From an uncultured Aquiluna sp. (lineage in GTDB: Bacteria; Actinomycetota; Actinomycetes; Actinomycetales; Microbacteriaceae): 64,000 nt of DNA. Of the stretch, positions 1 through 14,784 are shown in pieces (position 1 is the first letter of the stretch; every line of letters begins with the position of its first letter). The notes beneath the pieces were generated by a model. That model did not search any database, was not told where the DNA came from, and worked only from the letters and a program-made list of their open reading frames with translations. Location of the stretch: contig CAJYLB010000001.1 of assembly GCA_913775595.1 (NCBI GenBank), positions 1-64,000 on the forward strand, in the 5' to 3' direction. Both the position numbers and the translations under genes were made by a program.

Positions 1-236
1 AAAAAGCAGAGATCCGCGATGTCCTAGAAAAATCAGATGGGAACACAAAGTTCATCTGCACAGGCATCCGCTATTACGAGCAGCCAATGAGTGTCAACAT
101 CATGGTTCGCAAACGAGCAAAAGAAGCATGCGACTTCGCAAAGAGCATCAACCCTAACTTCAGCTACTGGTATCAAACCAAGCCCACCAAGGCTAGAAGC
201 TATGCCGGCAAGGTGTTCATAGTTAGTAAGGGTTGA
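1..236 (+). CDS. 3' end of a probably secreted protein; visible part is the conserved C-terminal OmpA-like/Cys module (partial)
   Basis: Frame from base 3 reads KAEIRDVLEKSDGNTKFICTGIRYY...SKG, stop TGA 234-236; about 80% identical to the C-terminus of 1361..3112. Confidence 0.85.
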   Translation, partial: KAEIRDVLEKSDGNTKFICTGIRYYEQPMSVNIMVRKRAKEACDFAKSINPNFSYWYQTKPTKARSYAGKVFIVSKG

Positions 237-259
237 ATCTAAATAAAAGGGGGAGAGTA

Positions 260-1351
260 ATGCCAAGAAACAAGAAGACTGCGGGGGCAGTTTTAGTTTT
301 ATTACTTGGTGGATTACTGAGTGGTTGTACGGATCCTTATTCGGGCGCTGAAATCAGGCTCGAAGTTAGGGGTGCTAAGGAGATCTCAGGGGAAACGGTT
401 GACCTGGTAGCGACCGTGGCAACTTTGGGGTCTCCCGCGAGAATTCTGTTTGAAGAGAGGCTAGATGGAGGGGAATGGATGGAAATCTCGACCCTTGCCA
501 TTGCAGCTGGAGAAACAGTCGCTCAATCTACGGACCGAGTGGATCCAGCATCAACAGTTGAGTACCGGGCCGTTTTATTGTCAGATACAGGTCAAGAGCC
601 GATAGTCCAGAGTGTAGCCGGCCCATTCGCCCCAAAAACTTTGGCTGAATTTGTCTCCGAGAACCTCTCTCTTGAACTTTCTGTGGGCGAAACACGTGAT
701 CGGTCCGGATATCTGTTTGACGGGGATGAAGTTACTTTGCGGGCGGAAGCCTCAGGCATTGAAAACCAAAACCTCTCGGGAGAACTAAAACTATTGCTTG
801 TGACCGAGTCCGAGACAGTGGAGCTGACCAGCAACAGCCTAGATACCTTTGAGTTTGCATGGGTGGTCTCATCCGATACCACAACTGCCGAACTCGGCGA
901 GTTGGTGTTAGAGGCTGCTGTAACAACCCAGAGCGATTCAGTGACGGAGTCAACAAACGAGTTCGTTCTAATTGCGAATCCTGTTGCCGCTTTTGAGGCC
1001 TTGGCTGAAGAGACCAATAGCTTGATTGGATCAATCAGGCGAGATGCGGTGCAGGATGCTGCGGGCGAAATATTTCTCGACGCTGAATCTCCGGCCTGGA
1101 AGGCCAGCGAGTCAATTGACTTTATCTTTCGTGAACCTTTTCTAGGGAATGTTTCAAACTACGACTCCGCGTCGATATATCAAGTTCCATGGAGCTGCGC
1201 CCCTGGGGGTCAAGTTGACACGGCCGACTTGCCTGGACGGTCGTTCACCATCGAGGTTGCAGTTGAGGACTCTGAATACGACGAGACAATTTTTGGCTAC
1301 TTTGACGGATCCCGCATGTATTTCTCCGTCGCATGGCGATACTGCATGTAG
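260..1351 (+). CDS. Hypothetical acidic lipoprotein
   Basis: GGGAGAG RBS before ATG 260; basic N-terminus, hydrophobic stretch and lipobox LSG-C. Confidence 0.75.
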   Translation: MPRNKKTAGAVLVLLLGGLLSGCTDPYSGAEIRLEVRGAKEISGETVDLVATVATLGSPARILFEERLDGGEWMEISTLAIAAGETVAQSTDRVDPASTVEYRAVLLSDTGQEPIVQSVAGPFAPKTLAEFVSENLSLELSVGETRDRSGYLFDGDEVTLRAEASGIENQNLSGELKLLLVTESETVELTSNSLDTFEFAWVVSSDTTTAELGELVLEAAVTTQSDSVTESTNEFVLIANPVAAFEALAEETNSLIGSIRRDAVQDAAGEIFLDAESPAWKASESIDFIFREPFLGNVSNYDSASIYQVPWSCAPGGQVDTADLPGRSFTIEVAVEDSEYDETIFGYFDGSRMYFSVAWRYCM

Positions 1352-1360
1352 GGGGATGGG

Positions 1361-3112
1361 ATGAATCGAATAACTAGATCCATTGCAGCCGTTTTAGCAA
1401 TCGGGCTTTTGGCTTCGCAACCTGCGTTTGCAGCGCCTTGGTCTTTTGATTCGTCGACGGCCCGAAATGGAAAGAGCTACGTTCACATTCAAGAGTCCTA
1501 CGACGTTGGCCAACCCTCACGAGTGAAGCTTGGAACACGCTCCGCCGACGGCAGTAGCTCGTCTGCAACCTGCCTGGTCTTTCCAAGTGAGGTTTGCCCT
1601 GAAAGCTTGTTGGGCAACACCTATGGAGACCCTGAGACGGGTGCAAGCTACCCCTATCAAAACCTTTACTTCGAACTCGTCATGCCGGCTTGTGAGGTCG
1701 CTCCCTCGAAGGATTGGTGTATTGATGATTTGAGGATCTATGCCATTGGGGAGACGCCAGCTAGCGCCGAATTTATTGGTTCGGTGGGGCCAGAGACGAC
1801 CCCCGCAGTGCCGAGTCGCGGGATTCCATCCGGGGGACATATTTCCCTTTGGCAAGGTGGAACTGGATCGGGCTTTGAGTCTCTCCGGGTCGCAGCTATT
1901 GCACAGGTGAATCTGGTCTATTATCCATTTTCCGGGTCCAATTATGTTGCGCAAGACTTCAATCTCCAGATTATCCCTTACGAGGAACGGCGGGGATCCA
2001 ACTATTACTCAATTGAACCGACTCAATTACCAGGTGCTCAAGAGGGTCTCGGTGGGACTTTCGACTTAGTTAGTGGCTGCATATGGCAGCGGGAGGGATC
2101 CTGTGGTGAGCGAGTTGACTCTCCCGAGGGGGTCACCTACGGCGTCACGCTTCGTTCCGACATTCCGATCGGTGAGTTTTTCAATGGGAGGCTACAAGAT
2201 CCAAATCTAAGTGTCGATGACTCCAACGGAGTGAGCATCCTGAGCCTTGATGCGGCGCCCGTTCGGGTTGGAGAGTTTGGGATTGTTTACGACAAGACAG
2301 CCCAGCTTGAAAGCGAGATGCCATTCCTAACGGGTGCTCAAATCACCAAGCCATATTTCGACGATGCAATGCAAATGATTGATGGTTTCCGAGAACTTGC
2401 AGGCGACAAGGCGAGTGGTGAGAATACGTCCTGGAGGCTTTCCACGACAAACGTGTCTGGCTTGAATTCTTGCTACTCGAACTATGGGGTAGCTGGGCTG
2501 GTAACGACAAACGCCACCACTTATGAGGGTGACCCACCCACATATGATTCCGGATATCTCAACTACAAAGTCGCAGGCATGCACTTCATGGCCAACGGGC
2601 AAGATCTCTATCTTGGCACTTATGACTTGGTGATTAAGTCCGAGGTTGCCCGATGCCTCTATGGCTTTAGGAACGCCCCAATCTCAGCCACCGTTGCAGT
2701 TGTTGGCGAGCAAGGTGAGGAGAACATTGCAACAACAATCGTTTCTGAAAAAGACGGCTGGCTAAAGCTTGCAGCATACGGGTTCACTTTCTCAGAAAAA
2801 GAGATCCAGGTTCAACTTCGACAGTCGCAAATTAAGACGCTCAGCAACTTCACTTCTTCCTCTCTTTCTGCCAAACAAAAGGCCGAGATCAGAGCAGTGC
2901 TGGCAAAGTCAGATGGCAATACCAAGTTCATCTGCACCGGCATCCGCTATTACCAGCAGCCAATGAGGGAGAACATCAAGGTCAGGGCAAGAGCTAAGGC
3001 CGCTTGCGAATACGCAAAGAGCATCAACCCTAACTTCAGCTATTGGTATCAAACCAAGACCACCCAAGCAAGAAGCTACAACGGCAAGGTGATGGTTGTT
3101 AGCAAGGGTTGA
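1361..3112 (+). CDS. Secreted hypothetical protein with C-terminal OmpA-like/Cys module
   Basis: Signal peptide ending AFA-A; several Cys; C-terminal ~95 aa shared with 1..236 and 10121..11263. Confidence 0.85.
   Translation: MNRITRSIAAVLAIGLLASQPAFAAPWSFDSSTARNGKSYVHIQESYDVGQPSRVKLGTRSADGSSSSATCLVFPSEVCPESLLGNTYGDPETGASYPYQNLYFELVMPACEVAPSKDWCIDDLRIYAIGETPASAEFIGSVGPETTPAVPSRGIPSGGHISLWQGGTGSGFESLRVAAIAQVNLVYYPFSGSNYVAQDFNLQIIPYEERRGSNYYSIEPTQLPGAQEGLGGTFDLVSGCIWQREGSCGERVDSPEGVTYGVTLRSDIPIGEFFNGRLQDPNLSVDDSNGVSILSLDAAPVRVGEFGIVYDKTAQLESEMPFLTGAQITKPYFDDAMQMIDGFRELAGDKASGENTSWRLSTTNVSGLNSCYSNYGVAGLVTTNATTYEGDPPTYDSGYLNYKVAGMHFMANGQDLYLGTYDLVIKSEVARCLYGFRNAPISATVAVVGEQGEENIATTIVSEKDGWLKLAAYGFTFSEKEIQVQLRQSQIKTLSNFTSSSLSAKQKAEIRAVLAKSDGNTKFICTGIRYYQQPMRENIKVRARAKAACEYAKSINPNFSYWYQTKTTQARSYNGKVMVVSKG
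2879..3112 (+). repeat. Dispersed coding repeat, second copy of 3..236
   Basis: Hand alignment 189/234 nt identical (~81%) with no gaps; both copies end GGTTGA followed by ATC. Confidence 0.9.
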
Positions 3113-3116
3113 ATCC

Positions 3117-3221
3117 ATGGGGCTGCAGAAAATGACATTCGGGTTGCTGGTGTCGGTCTCGCTTCTAACCCAATTGGGTTCAGTTTCCCAAGCTTCGCTT
3201 TCCGAAAATAGCGTCTGTTAG
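3117..3221 (+). pseudogene. Possible remnant of a secreted-protein gene (signal peptide only, 34 aa)
   Basis: MGLQKMTFGLLVSVSLLTQLGSVSQASLSENSVC*; starts 4 nt after the previous stop. Confidence 0.3.
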
Positions 3222-3307
3222 CCGGAAGGCGGCAGTATTAGTGCAGCTAGACCAATAGACTTTTAGAGGGCGAAGCCTCATCGCTTTTTTGGTGAAGGTG
3301 ACTAGTT

Positions 3308-8401
<5,094 letters not shown>

Positions 8402-8503
8402 AAGAGACAGAGAAAGTTTTTTAGGCAGACTCTCTAGGAAGAATCTATAGCGACGAGAAAACTAAAGACCCAAGCTATTTGTTTGAGCTCCGGGTAGCAG
8501 GCC

Positions 8504-9988
8504 CTAGGATTTGGAGAACCTCGTGAGTTCGATCTCCGTAACTGCTTTCGGTCCGTTATCGACTGTCACGGTCAGGTGGAAGTGCTCCCCTGAAATTCTC
8601 GAATCCTTAGAAGACGAGCCAAAAACATCTAGCACCTCGTTCGCCACTCCCACAAAGTGGTAGGTGTCTAAAGCGCCTTCGCTAACAACATAGAAATCTC
8701 TTTCCTCAAGCGGTGCAAAGAACTGACTTTGTCCTGCAATGAAACCTAGCTGGACATCGGTGAAAGGGTTGGTTTCACCGGCTTCGAATTTGAAGTCAGC
8801 CCAAACGCCTAGATCAGTTGCAACAGTGTAGAGGCCGAGGCTTTCCGCTGTCGCTGTTGGAATGCTTACAAATTCAGCTTTCATTTCGCGCTCAAAAAGC
8901 GAGTCAATTAGCCAAGGGTCAAATGGACTGTTGTCGACGAGTTCAGCGTTCCCAGCTAAGGCAGCGTTTCCGCTATCAAGAGGAGCTTCTGTTAGTTGCT
9001 CGCTACTTTCTGGCCTTGAGACCGCAGTCTGCTCATCAATGGCGGCTACTGATTCGGTCTCGGTTACTGCCACCTCCACGGACGGTTCTTCACTGATTAC
9101 AGCAGTTTCAGATTCGGCGGGCTCATTGCTACCTGAAACCACGGGAACCTCCTCAGCGGGAATTGCGAGTTCTTCAGGTGCAGGAGCAGAGATGATCTCC
9201 TCTTGGACTGAGGTTGAAAGGTTTGGAAGCACGCCAATCGAGACTGCGAGAACCAGTAGGAAGGCTCCTGCTGCCGAGATGTACTTGCCGCTTTCCTTTG
9301 CTGCTTTTCTGGCTGCGATGGAAAGAATCTCTGAGATGCTCTTGCCCTGGGTCTCTGCCTCTCCGACAAGTGCCTTACGGAATGAAGACCTTGCCCTAAA
9401 TAGCAGCTGCCTGAAGGCGTTTTCGCTGAGCCCCATCTGAGCTGCAACAACATCGGCGCTCTTCTCCTCGTAGAGGGTTGCGATGATGGCCTCGCGGTGG
9501 CGGGGTTGAATCTTTGAAAGTGCTAGTGCGACGATGCCGGCGTCCTCAGCGCGCTCCAAATCTTGGCTGAGCTCTGGGTCATTGGACGCAAGATCCGGGC
9601 TCTCATCAATCGGTGCAAGTGTCACCTTGCTGTTTGCCCTGATCACATCTAGAGCAAGCAGCCTTGTCTTCCACTTCAGGAACTTCAGCACTCCTAGCTC
9701 GCTGTCGAGCTCGGGCAGTGTGGTCATGAGGTAGAGGAAGGCCTCCTGGACTACCTCTTCAACCTGGGAGTGGTTGTTCAGAAACTTTCTGGCATGGCGC
9801 TCTAGGTGAGGGCGGAAGCGAACGTAGATGCTCGCAAAGTCAGCTGCAGTCCAGTCCTTCAGCACCGCTGGGGTTAGCGAATCGGCGAGGTGTACCCGTA
9901 GCTCGGGCATGCCAAACTCTTCGTCAGTCTCCTCTTCTATTTTGAAAAAGTCCTGATCGCGAGGGGAATCACCGATGTTTTGTGCCAT
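8504..9988 (-). CDS. ECF sigma-70 factor with fused transmembrane helix and acidic extracytoplasmic extension
   Basis: Region 2 (FASIYVRFRPHL...VEEVVQEAFL) and region 4 (LSKIQPRHREAI...VAAQMGLSENAFRQLLFRAR), then TM AAGAFLLVLAVSIGVL; ATG 9988 preferred as start. Confidence 0.85.
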   Translation of the reverse strand: MAQNIGDSPRDQDFFKIEEETDEEFGMPELRVHLADSLTPAVLKDWTAADFASIYVRFRPHLERHARKFLNNHSQVEEVVQEAFLYLMTTLPELDSELGVLKFLKWKTRLLALDVIRANSKVTLAPIDESPDLASNDPELSQDLERAEDAGIVALALSKIQPRHREAIIATLYEEKSADVVAAQMGLSENAFRQLLFRARSSFRKALVGEAETQGKSISEILSIAARKAAKESGKYISAAGAFLLVLAVSIGVLPNLSTSVQEEIISAPAPEELAIPAEEVPVVSGSNEPAESETAVISEEPSVEVAVTETESVAAIDEQTAVSRPESSEQLTEAPLDSGNAALAGNAELVDNSPFDPWLIDSLFEREMKAEFVSIPTATAESLGLYTVATDLGVWADFKFEAGETNPFTDVQLGFIAGQSQFFAPLEERDFYVVSEGALDTYHFVGVANEVLDVFGSSSKDSRISGEHFHLTVTVDNGPKAVTEIELTRFSKS

Positions 9989-10120
9989 CAATATCAATAT
10001 ACGCAGGCTGTCAATAGGTATTACGGACAAATTCTTACAAATCTCGCCTCAGTATCTTTCAGCGCCCTTGAGCCCTCATGACTGGGTAGATAGGGTGGAA
10101 GGATACTTTGGGGGGCGGTC

Positions 10121-11263
10121 ATGAAAAAACTACTTACATTCTCTGTGGCTGTGGCATTAGCCGTTACCGGGTTGCAACCAGTCCATGCACTTGAGGGAGG
10201 AGAAGAAGACCCAGGGAATCCTCGAGTTGTTTCGCTCAATGGCTGCACGGGATTTCTCTATTCTCCAAGAATCGTCCTAACGGCAGGGCACTGTGAACGA
10301 GCGTCAACAGCCTTAGAGCCCGGCCTTCGAACAACCTGGAACCTCACAAATGCGAATTCAGCTCAGGTGATCAAGTTTCTGCAGCACCCTGACTACCAAT
10401 ATCGTCAGAGTGGCCAAGTGGACCTAAACGACTTCGGTATCGCAATTCTTGACCGCCCTTTGGCAAAGGTCGATGAGGCAAAACTTGTAGATGAGGAGAC
10501 TTTGCTGGCCATGGCTGAGCGGGGGGACAAGGTTCTATTCACTGGGTATGGGCTGCAAAGCCTTGACGATCGGGAAGATTCCAAGGTGAACCCTCGGGCC
10601 GTGCTTCCCAGGACCGCTGAGTTCGAGCTCATCCCGCGAAGCGAGGGCTTGAGCAGAATTGCCGAGTATGTAGCTCGGGATAGCGGCCTTAACTCCTACC
10701 CACAGGATCTCATCATGGTTTCGCAGCCACTCGATGGGGCACAGACATGCGATGGTGACTCTGGCTCCGGCTATTACTTGAGGGATGGATCTGAATTTAC
10801 CTACTTAGGTGTTACCAATTGGCCACTCGGGATTCGGAACTGCTACTCGAAATCACCTAGCGATAACTGGTGGCAAAAAGATGCAACCGTAGGAATTTTT
10901 CCTGTCTACAGAGGACTCGACCTCATTGATGAAGCCAAGGAATTTGTCGCGGCCAATCCCTATGAGGTGAAAAAGCCCAAGAACATTGTTCTCCCGACAT
11001 TCGGCAGGTCCCTTAGCAGCAGAGTGAAGGCGCGAGTCAAGAGTTATCTTGACGCAAATCCGGGAGTCACGAAGTTCATTTGCACCTCTGTTCGGCTCAG
11101 GACGACGCCTAGAGGTGAGTCAATTGCAAACCGCGCGAAAGCCAAGGCTGTATGCGAATATGCCAAGTCATTGGATCCGACTATTAGCACTTGGTATCAA
11201 TCAAAGTTGTCGACCAAGCGCGCGGCCGTCGGCATGCAACTTGTCACAATCAAGTTCAATTAG
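10121..11263 (+). CDS. Secreted trypsin-like (S1) serine protease with C-terminal OmpA-like/Cys module
   Basis: Signal peptide (VHA-L); catalytic triad motifs LTAGHC, NDFGI, GDSGSG; C-terminal TKFICT...AKAVCEYAKS...WYQ. Confidence 0.88.
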   Translation: MKKLLTFSVAVALAVTGLQPVHALEGGEEDPGNPRVVSLNGCTGFLYSPRIVLTAGHCERASTALEPGLRTTWNLTNANSAQVIKFLQHPDYQYRQSGQVDLNDFGIAILDRPLAKVDEAKLVDEETLLAMAERGDKVLFTGYGLQSLDDREDSKVNPRAVLPRTAEFELIPRSEGLSRIAEYVARDSGLNSYPQDLIMVSQPLDGAQTCDGDSGSGYYLRDGSEFTYLGVTNWPLGIRNCYSKSPSDNWWQKDATVGIFPVYRGLDLIDEAKEFVAANPYEVKKPKNIVLPTFGRSLSSRVKARVKSYLDANPGVTKFICTSVRLRTTPRGESIANRAKAKAVCEYAKSLDPTISTWYQSKLSTKRAAVGMQLVTIKFN

Positions 11264-11346
11264 AGAGCTACTGAGGCCCGTCGCTGCTCTGTCATGTCTT
11301 GACCAACGTCACATGCAACCCGTGACCAACTAGCTAGGATTTCCGC

Positions 11347-11790
11347 GTGGACAGCGAATTCATGAGGGTCGCGCTAGAGAAGGCTAGTCAGTCGGGCAAT
11401 GATGTTCCGGTTGGGGCCATACTTATTAGCCCTGAGGGGGAGATAATCTCTTCCGCCCATAACCAAAAAGAGCTCGGCGATGACCCGACCGCTCACGCTG
11501 AGGTTTTGTCCATTCGGGCTGCGGCTGAGGCTCTTGGATCTTGGAGACTGGACGGCTGCAAATTGGTTGTCACCTTAGAGCCGTGTGTCATGTGTGCGGG
11601 AGCGATTGTTGCCGCGAGGGTCTCCGAGGTTATCTTCGGCAGCTTTGATGAGCGGGTTGGTGCTGGGGGATCTTTGTATGACATTCTCCGAGACCCCAGG
11701 CTCGGCAGCCCGGTGAAGGTCACCGGGGGAGTATTAGAAGCTGAGTGCGCTGAGCTGCTCACAGGCTTCTTTGAGTCCCGCAGGGACTAG
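11347..11790 (+). CDS. tadA: tRNA adenosine(34) deaminase
   Basis: HAE and PCxxC motifs; adjacent to tRNA-Ser. Confidence 0.9.
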   Translation: MDSEFMRVALEKASQSGNDVPVGAILISPEGEIISSAHNQKELGDDPTAHAEVLSIRAAAEALGSWRLDGCKLVVTLEPCVMCAGAIVAARVSEVIFGSFDERVGAGGSLYDILRDPRLGSPVKVTGGVLEAECAELLTGFFESRRD

Positions 11791-11832
11791 AGGCCATTTC
11801 TAGCTAGGCGTTGTTTTGCTAGGCTCTTCCGC

Positions 11833-11922
11833 GGTGACGTGTCCGAGCGGCCGAAGGTGCAACTCTCGAAAAGTTGTGTGGGTGAAAGTCCACCGTGGGT
11901 TCAAATCCCACCGTCACCGCCA
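11833..11922 (+). tRNA. tRNA-Ser(CGA)
   Basis: Acceptor GGTGACG/CGTCACC, anticodon arm CAACT-CTCGAAA-AGTTG, long variable arm, GTTCAAAT T-loop, encoded CCA. Confidence 0.97.
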
Positions 11923-11968
11923 GAAGCTTCTTTAGTTACGCGATCGGTTGGGTCAGGCTGGTAAGTCA

Positions 11969-13075
11969 ATGAGCGAGATGGAACCAGCGGAACTGCTAAA
12001 AGACCTCTCCGAGCGCCTCGAGCAGGTCAGTTCAGTTTTGAATCCTGCAAAGCTCGAGGCAGAGGTTAGTGAGCTCGAGCAACAGGCTGCCGAGCCCGGC
12101 CTTTGGGATGACCAGGAAAAAGCTCAGAAGATTACCTCCTCCCTCTCTCATAAAAAGCTCACGCTCTCAAGGCTTAGCGATCTTGCAGCTGGGGTTGATG
12201 ATGCGCGGGTGCTACTAGAGCTTGCCTCTCAGGAGGCCGATGATGGCGCGCAGGCAGAGGCAGCGGGTGAGCTTGCGAAGCTGAGTGAGTTACTAGCTGC
12301 CCTTGAGACCGAGACCCTTTTGAGCGGCGAATATGACTCCAGGTCTGCGGTAATGAATATCCGCAGCGGAGCTGGCGGAGATGATGCCACTGACTTTGCC
12401 GAGATGCTGATGCGGATGTATTTGCGCTATGCGGAGTCCGAGGGGGTCAAGGCGCAAGTCTTAGATGTCTCCTATGCGGAAGGAGCTGGCATTAAGTCTT
12501 GTTCTATGAAGCTCGAGGGGCCCTACGTCTATGGGAAGCTCTCTGTCGAATCTGGCACCCACCGTCTTGTGAGGATGAGCCCATTTAACTCTGCGGGTAA
12601 GAGGCAGACGTCCTTTGCGGCAGTTGAGGTGGTGCCGCTTATTGAGAGCGACAGTGAGGTTGAGGTTCCAGAGAGTGAGATAAGGGTCGATGTCTTTAGG
12701 TCCTCTGGTCCCGGTGGTCAGTCTGTGAATACAACTGATTCTGCAGTGCGGATCACACACATCCCCACGGGCATCGTGGTCTCCTGCCAAAACGAAAAGT
12801 CGCAGCTACAAAACAAGATCGAGGCGATGCGGGTTTTGCAGTCGAGGCTTTTGGACATTCGCCGCCAAGAAGAAGAGGCGAAGAAGAAGCAGTTGGCAGG
12901 TGATGTCAAAGCAAGCTGGGGAGAGCAGATGCGTAGCTATGTGCTTGCTCCATATCAGATGGTGAAGGACCTCAGGACTGAGTATGAGGAGAACAACCCA
13001 GATGATGTCTTTGCGGGCAAGCTAGCCGGGTTTATCTCCTCGGGCATTAAGTGGCGGGCCCAGCAAACTAGCTAA
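11969..13075 (+). CDS. prfB: Peptide chain release factor 2 (no programmed frameshift)
   Basis: SPF and GGQ motifs; continuous ORF. Confidence 0.96.
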   Translation: MSEMEPAELLKDLSERLEQVSSVLNPAKLEAEVSELEQQAAEPGLWDDQEKAQKITSSLSHKKLTLSRLSDLAAGVDDARVLLELASQEADDGAQAEAAGELAKLSELLAALETETLLSGEYDSRSAVMNIRSGAGGDDATDFAEMLMRMYLRYAESEGVKAQVLDVSYAEGAGIKSCSMKLEGPYVYGKLSVESGTHRLVRMSPFNSAGKRQTSFAAVEVVPLIESDSEVEVPESEIRVDVFRSSGPGGQSVNTTDSAVRITHIPTGIVVSCQNEKSQLQNKIEAMRVLQSRLLDIRRQEEEAKKKQLAGDVKASWGEQMRSYVLAPYQMVKDLRTEYEENNPDDVFAGKLAGFISSGIKWRAQQTS

Positions 13076-13129
13076 CACCCCGCGCTCAAGGGCCTCACAA
13101 AAAGCCTTTCAACCTAGGCTTGGCTCAGC

Positions 13130-13864
13130 ATGATTCGACTAGACAATGTCTCCAAGACCTACCGTGGTGCCGGCTCATCGGCGGTGAGCGATGTGCAGCT
13201 GGATATCTCCCGTGGAGAGTTTGTTTTTCTAGTTGGTTCCTCCGGATCTGGTAAGTCGACACTGCTTCGCCTATTGCTTCGTGAGGAGAAAGCTGACGCC
13301 GGGGAAATCTTTGTTCTAGGGGAGAATCTCGCATCTCTAAGGCAATCCCAGGTTGCCGCCTATCGTAGGAAGCTGGGGGTTGTTTTCCAAGACTTCAGGT
13401 TGCTGCCTAATAAAACCGTCTATCAAAACGTGGCTTTTGCGCTGCAGGTGATTGGCAAGTCGAGGGCCTTCATCGAGACCTCGGTGCCTGATGTGCTGAG
13501 GCTTGTCGGTCTCGAGGAAAAGGCCTCAAGCTACCCATCGGCTCTCTCCGGTGGTGAGCAGCAAAGAGTTGCTATCGCCAGGGCACTGGTCAACAGGCCA
13601 GAGCTTTTGTTGGCCGATGAGCCAACTGGAAACTTAGACCCCGGAAACAGCAAAGAGATCATGGGGCTTTTAGAGCGCATCAACCTCTCGGGGACAACGA
13701 TTGTTATGGCCACGCACGATCGCAGCATTGTCGATCGGATGCAGAAGCGCGTTGTTGAGGTAAGCGATGGCAAGCTCGTGCGCGATGCTCAGACGGCCGG
13801 CTACAAAGAGATCCCCTCGGATGCCATTGATCAGGTTGCAGACCAGGCTGGAGATGGCAAATGA
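13130..13864 (+). CDS. ftsE: Cell division ATP-binding protein
   Basis: Walker A GSSGSGKS, VVFQDFRLL, LSGGEQQR; precedes ftsX. Confidence 0.95.
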   Translation: MIRLDNVSKTYRGAGSSAVSDVQLDISRGEFVFLVGSSGSGKSTLLRLLLREEKADAGEIFVLGENLASLRQSQVAAYRRKLGVVFQDFRLLPNKTVYQNVAFALQVIGKSRAFIETSVPDVLRLVGLEEKASSYPSALSGGEQQRVAIARALVNRPELLLADEPTGNLDPGNSKEIMGLLERINLSGTTIVMATHDRSIVDRMQKRVVEVSDGKLVRDAQTAGYKEIPSDAIDQVADQAGDGK

Positions 13865-14775
13865 ACATCTCCTTTGTGTTGAGAGAGGTCTGGGAGGGTA
13901 TCCGCGGAAACCTCTCGATGGTGCTATCCATTGTTTTGGTCAGCTTTGTGTCCCTTAGCTTTGTGGCGGTTGCTGCGCTCTTGCAGGTGCAGATTGGGAA
14001 CCTAAAGAACTACTGGTATGACAAAGCACAGATCGCAATCTACCTCTGCAACGACTTCGAGAGCGAGCTGGTGTGTCCAGCAGGCGGCATTACCGAGAGC
14101 GAGCAGATCGCAGTTGCTGCGCAGCTAAAGTCAAATGCTCTCGCTCCCTACATTGAGACCTACTACTTTGAAAGCCAAGACGAGGCCTACCAGAGGCTCC
14201 TCGAAGAGAGCTCGGAACTTACGGCCGCACAGTATTTGAACCCGGAGCAGCTCAATGCCACCTACTGGGTCTCGCTAGTTGACCCTCAGTCGGCAGAGCT
14301 GGTGGTGGAGTCATTTGAGTCGCAGCCTGGGGTCGCCTCGGTCTCAGACCAAAGAAGCTACTTTGACCCGATCATTGGGCTTCTCAATGGGGCGACGGTT
14401 GCCGCCAGCTCTATTGCCGCGGTGATGCTCTTCAGCGCCGCGCTACTGACGACAACAACAATCAGGCTCAGCGCGTTTGCAAGGCGCAGGGAGATCGCAA
14501 TCATGCGCCTGGTTGGCGCATCGAGCGCATCGATCCAGCTGCCCTTTATTCTCGAGGGGCTTATTGCTGCCTTGTTAGGTGGCGGTATGGCCATTGGGCT
14601 GAATGTGTTCCTGGTAGAGAACTACCTCACCGAGTCTTTGGCTTTGGAGCTTGCCTTTGCCAACTTCGTCACCGCGGGTGATGTGTATGCGGTGGCACCT
14701 TATGTTTTGGGCCTCGGTGCTATCCTCGCTGTCCTAGCCTCGGGTATTTCCACCTTCAGGCACCTAAGGACCTAG
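13861..14775 (+). CDS. ftsX: Cell division permease
   Basis: 4-TM layout, RRREIAIMRLVGA motif, prfB-ftsEX-smpB synteny. Confidence 0.93.
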   Translation: MNISFVLREVWEGIRGNLSMVLSIVLVSFVSLSFVAVAALLQVQIGNLKNYWYDKAQIAIYLCNDFESELVCPAGGITESEQIAVAAQLKSNALAPYIETYYFESQDEAYQRLLEESSELTAAQYLNPEQLNATYWVSLVDPQSAELVVESFESQPGVASVSDQRSYFDPIIGLLNGATVAASSIAAVMLFSAALLTTTTIRLSAFARRREIAIMRLVGASSASIQLPFILEGLIAALLGGGMAIGLNVFLVENYLTESLALELAFANFVTAGDVYAVAPYVLGLGAILAVLASGISTFRHLRT

Positions 14776-14784
14776 GAGTAACCA

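Noticed and set aside
3..3112. Repeat pair as the TR/VR of a diversity-generating retroelement
   Set aside because: Both copies are coding, mismatches are mostly synonymous and not adenine-specific, and no reverse transcriptase is in the window
11833..11922. tRNA-Ser as integration site for the accessory region
   Set aside because: The accessory genes lie upstream beyond tadA; no integrase or duplicated tRNA 3' end seen
11948..12100. prfB programmed +1 frameshift
   Set aside because: ORF is continuous with no CTT-TGA site, as is usual in Actinobacteria
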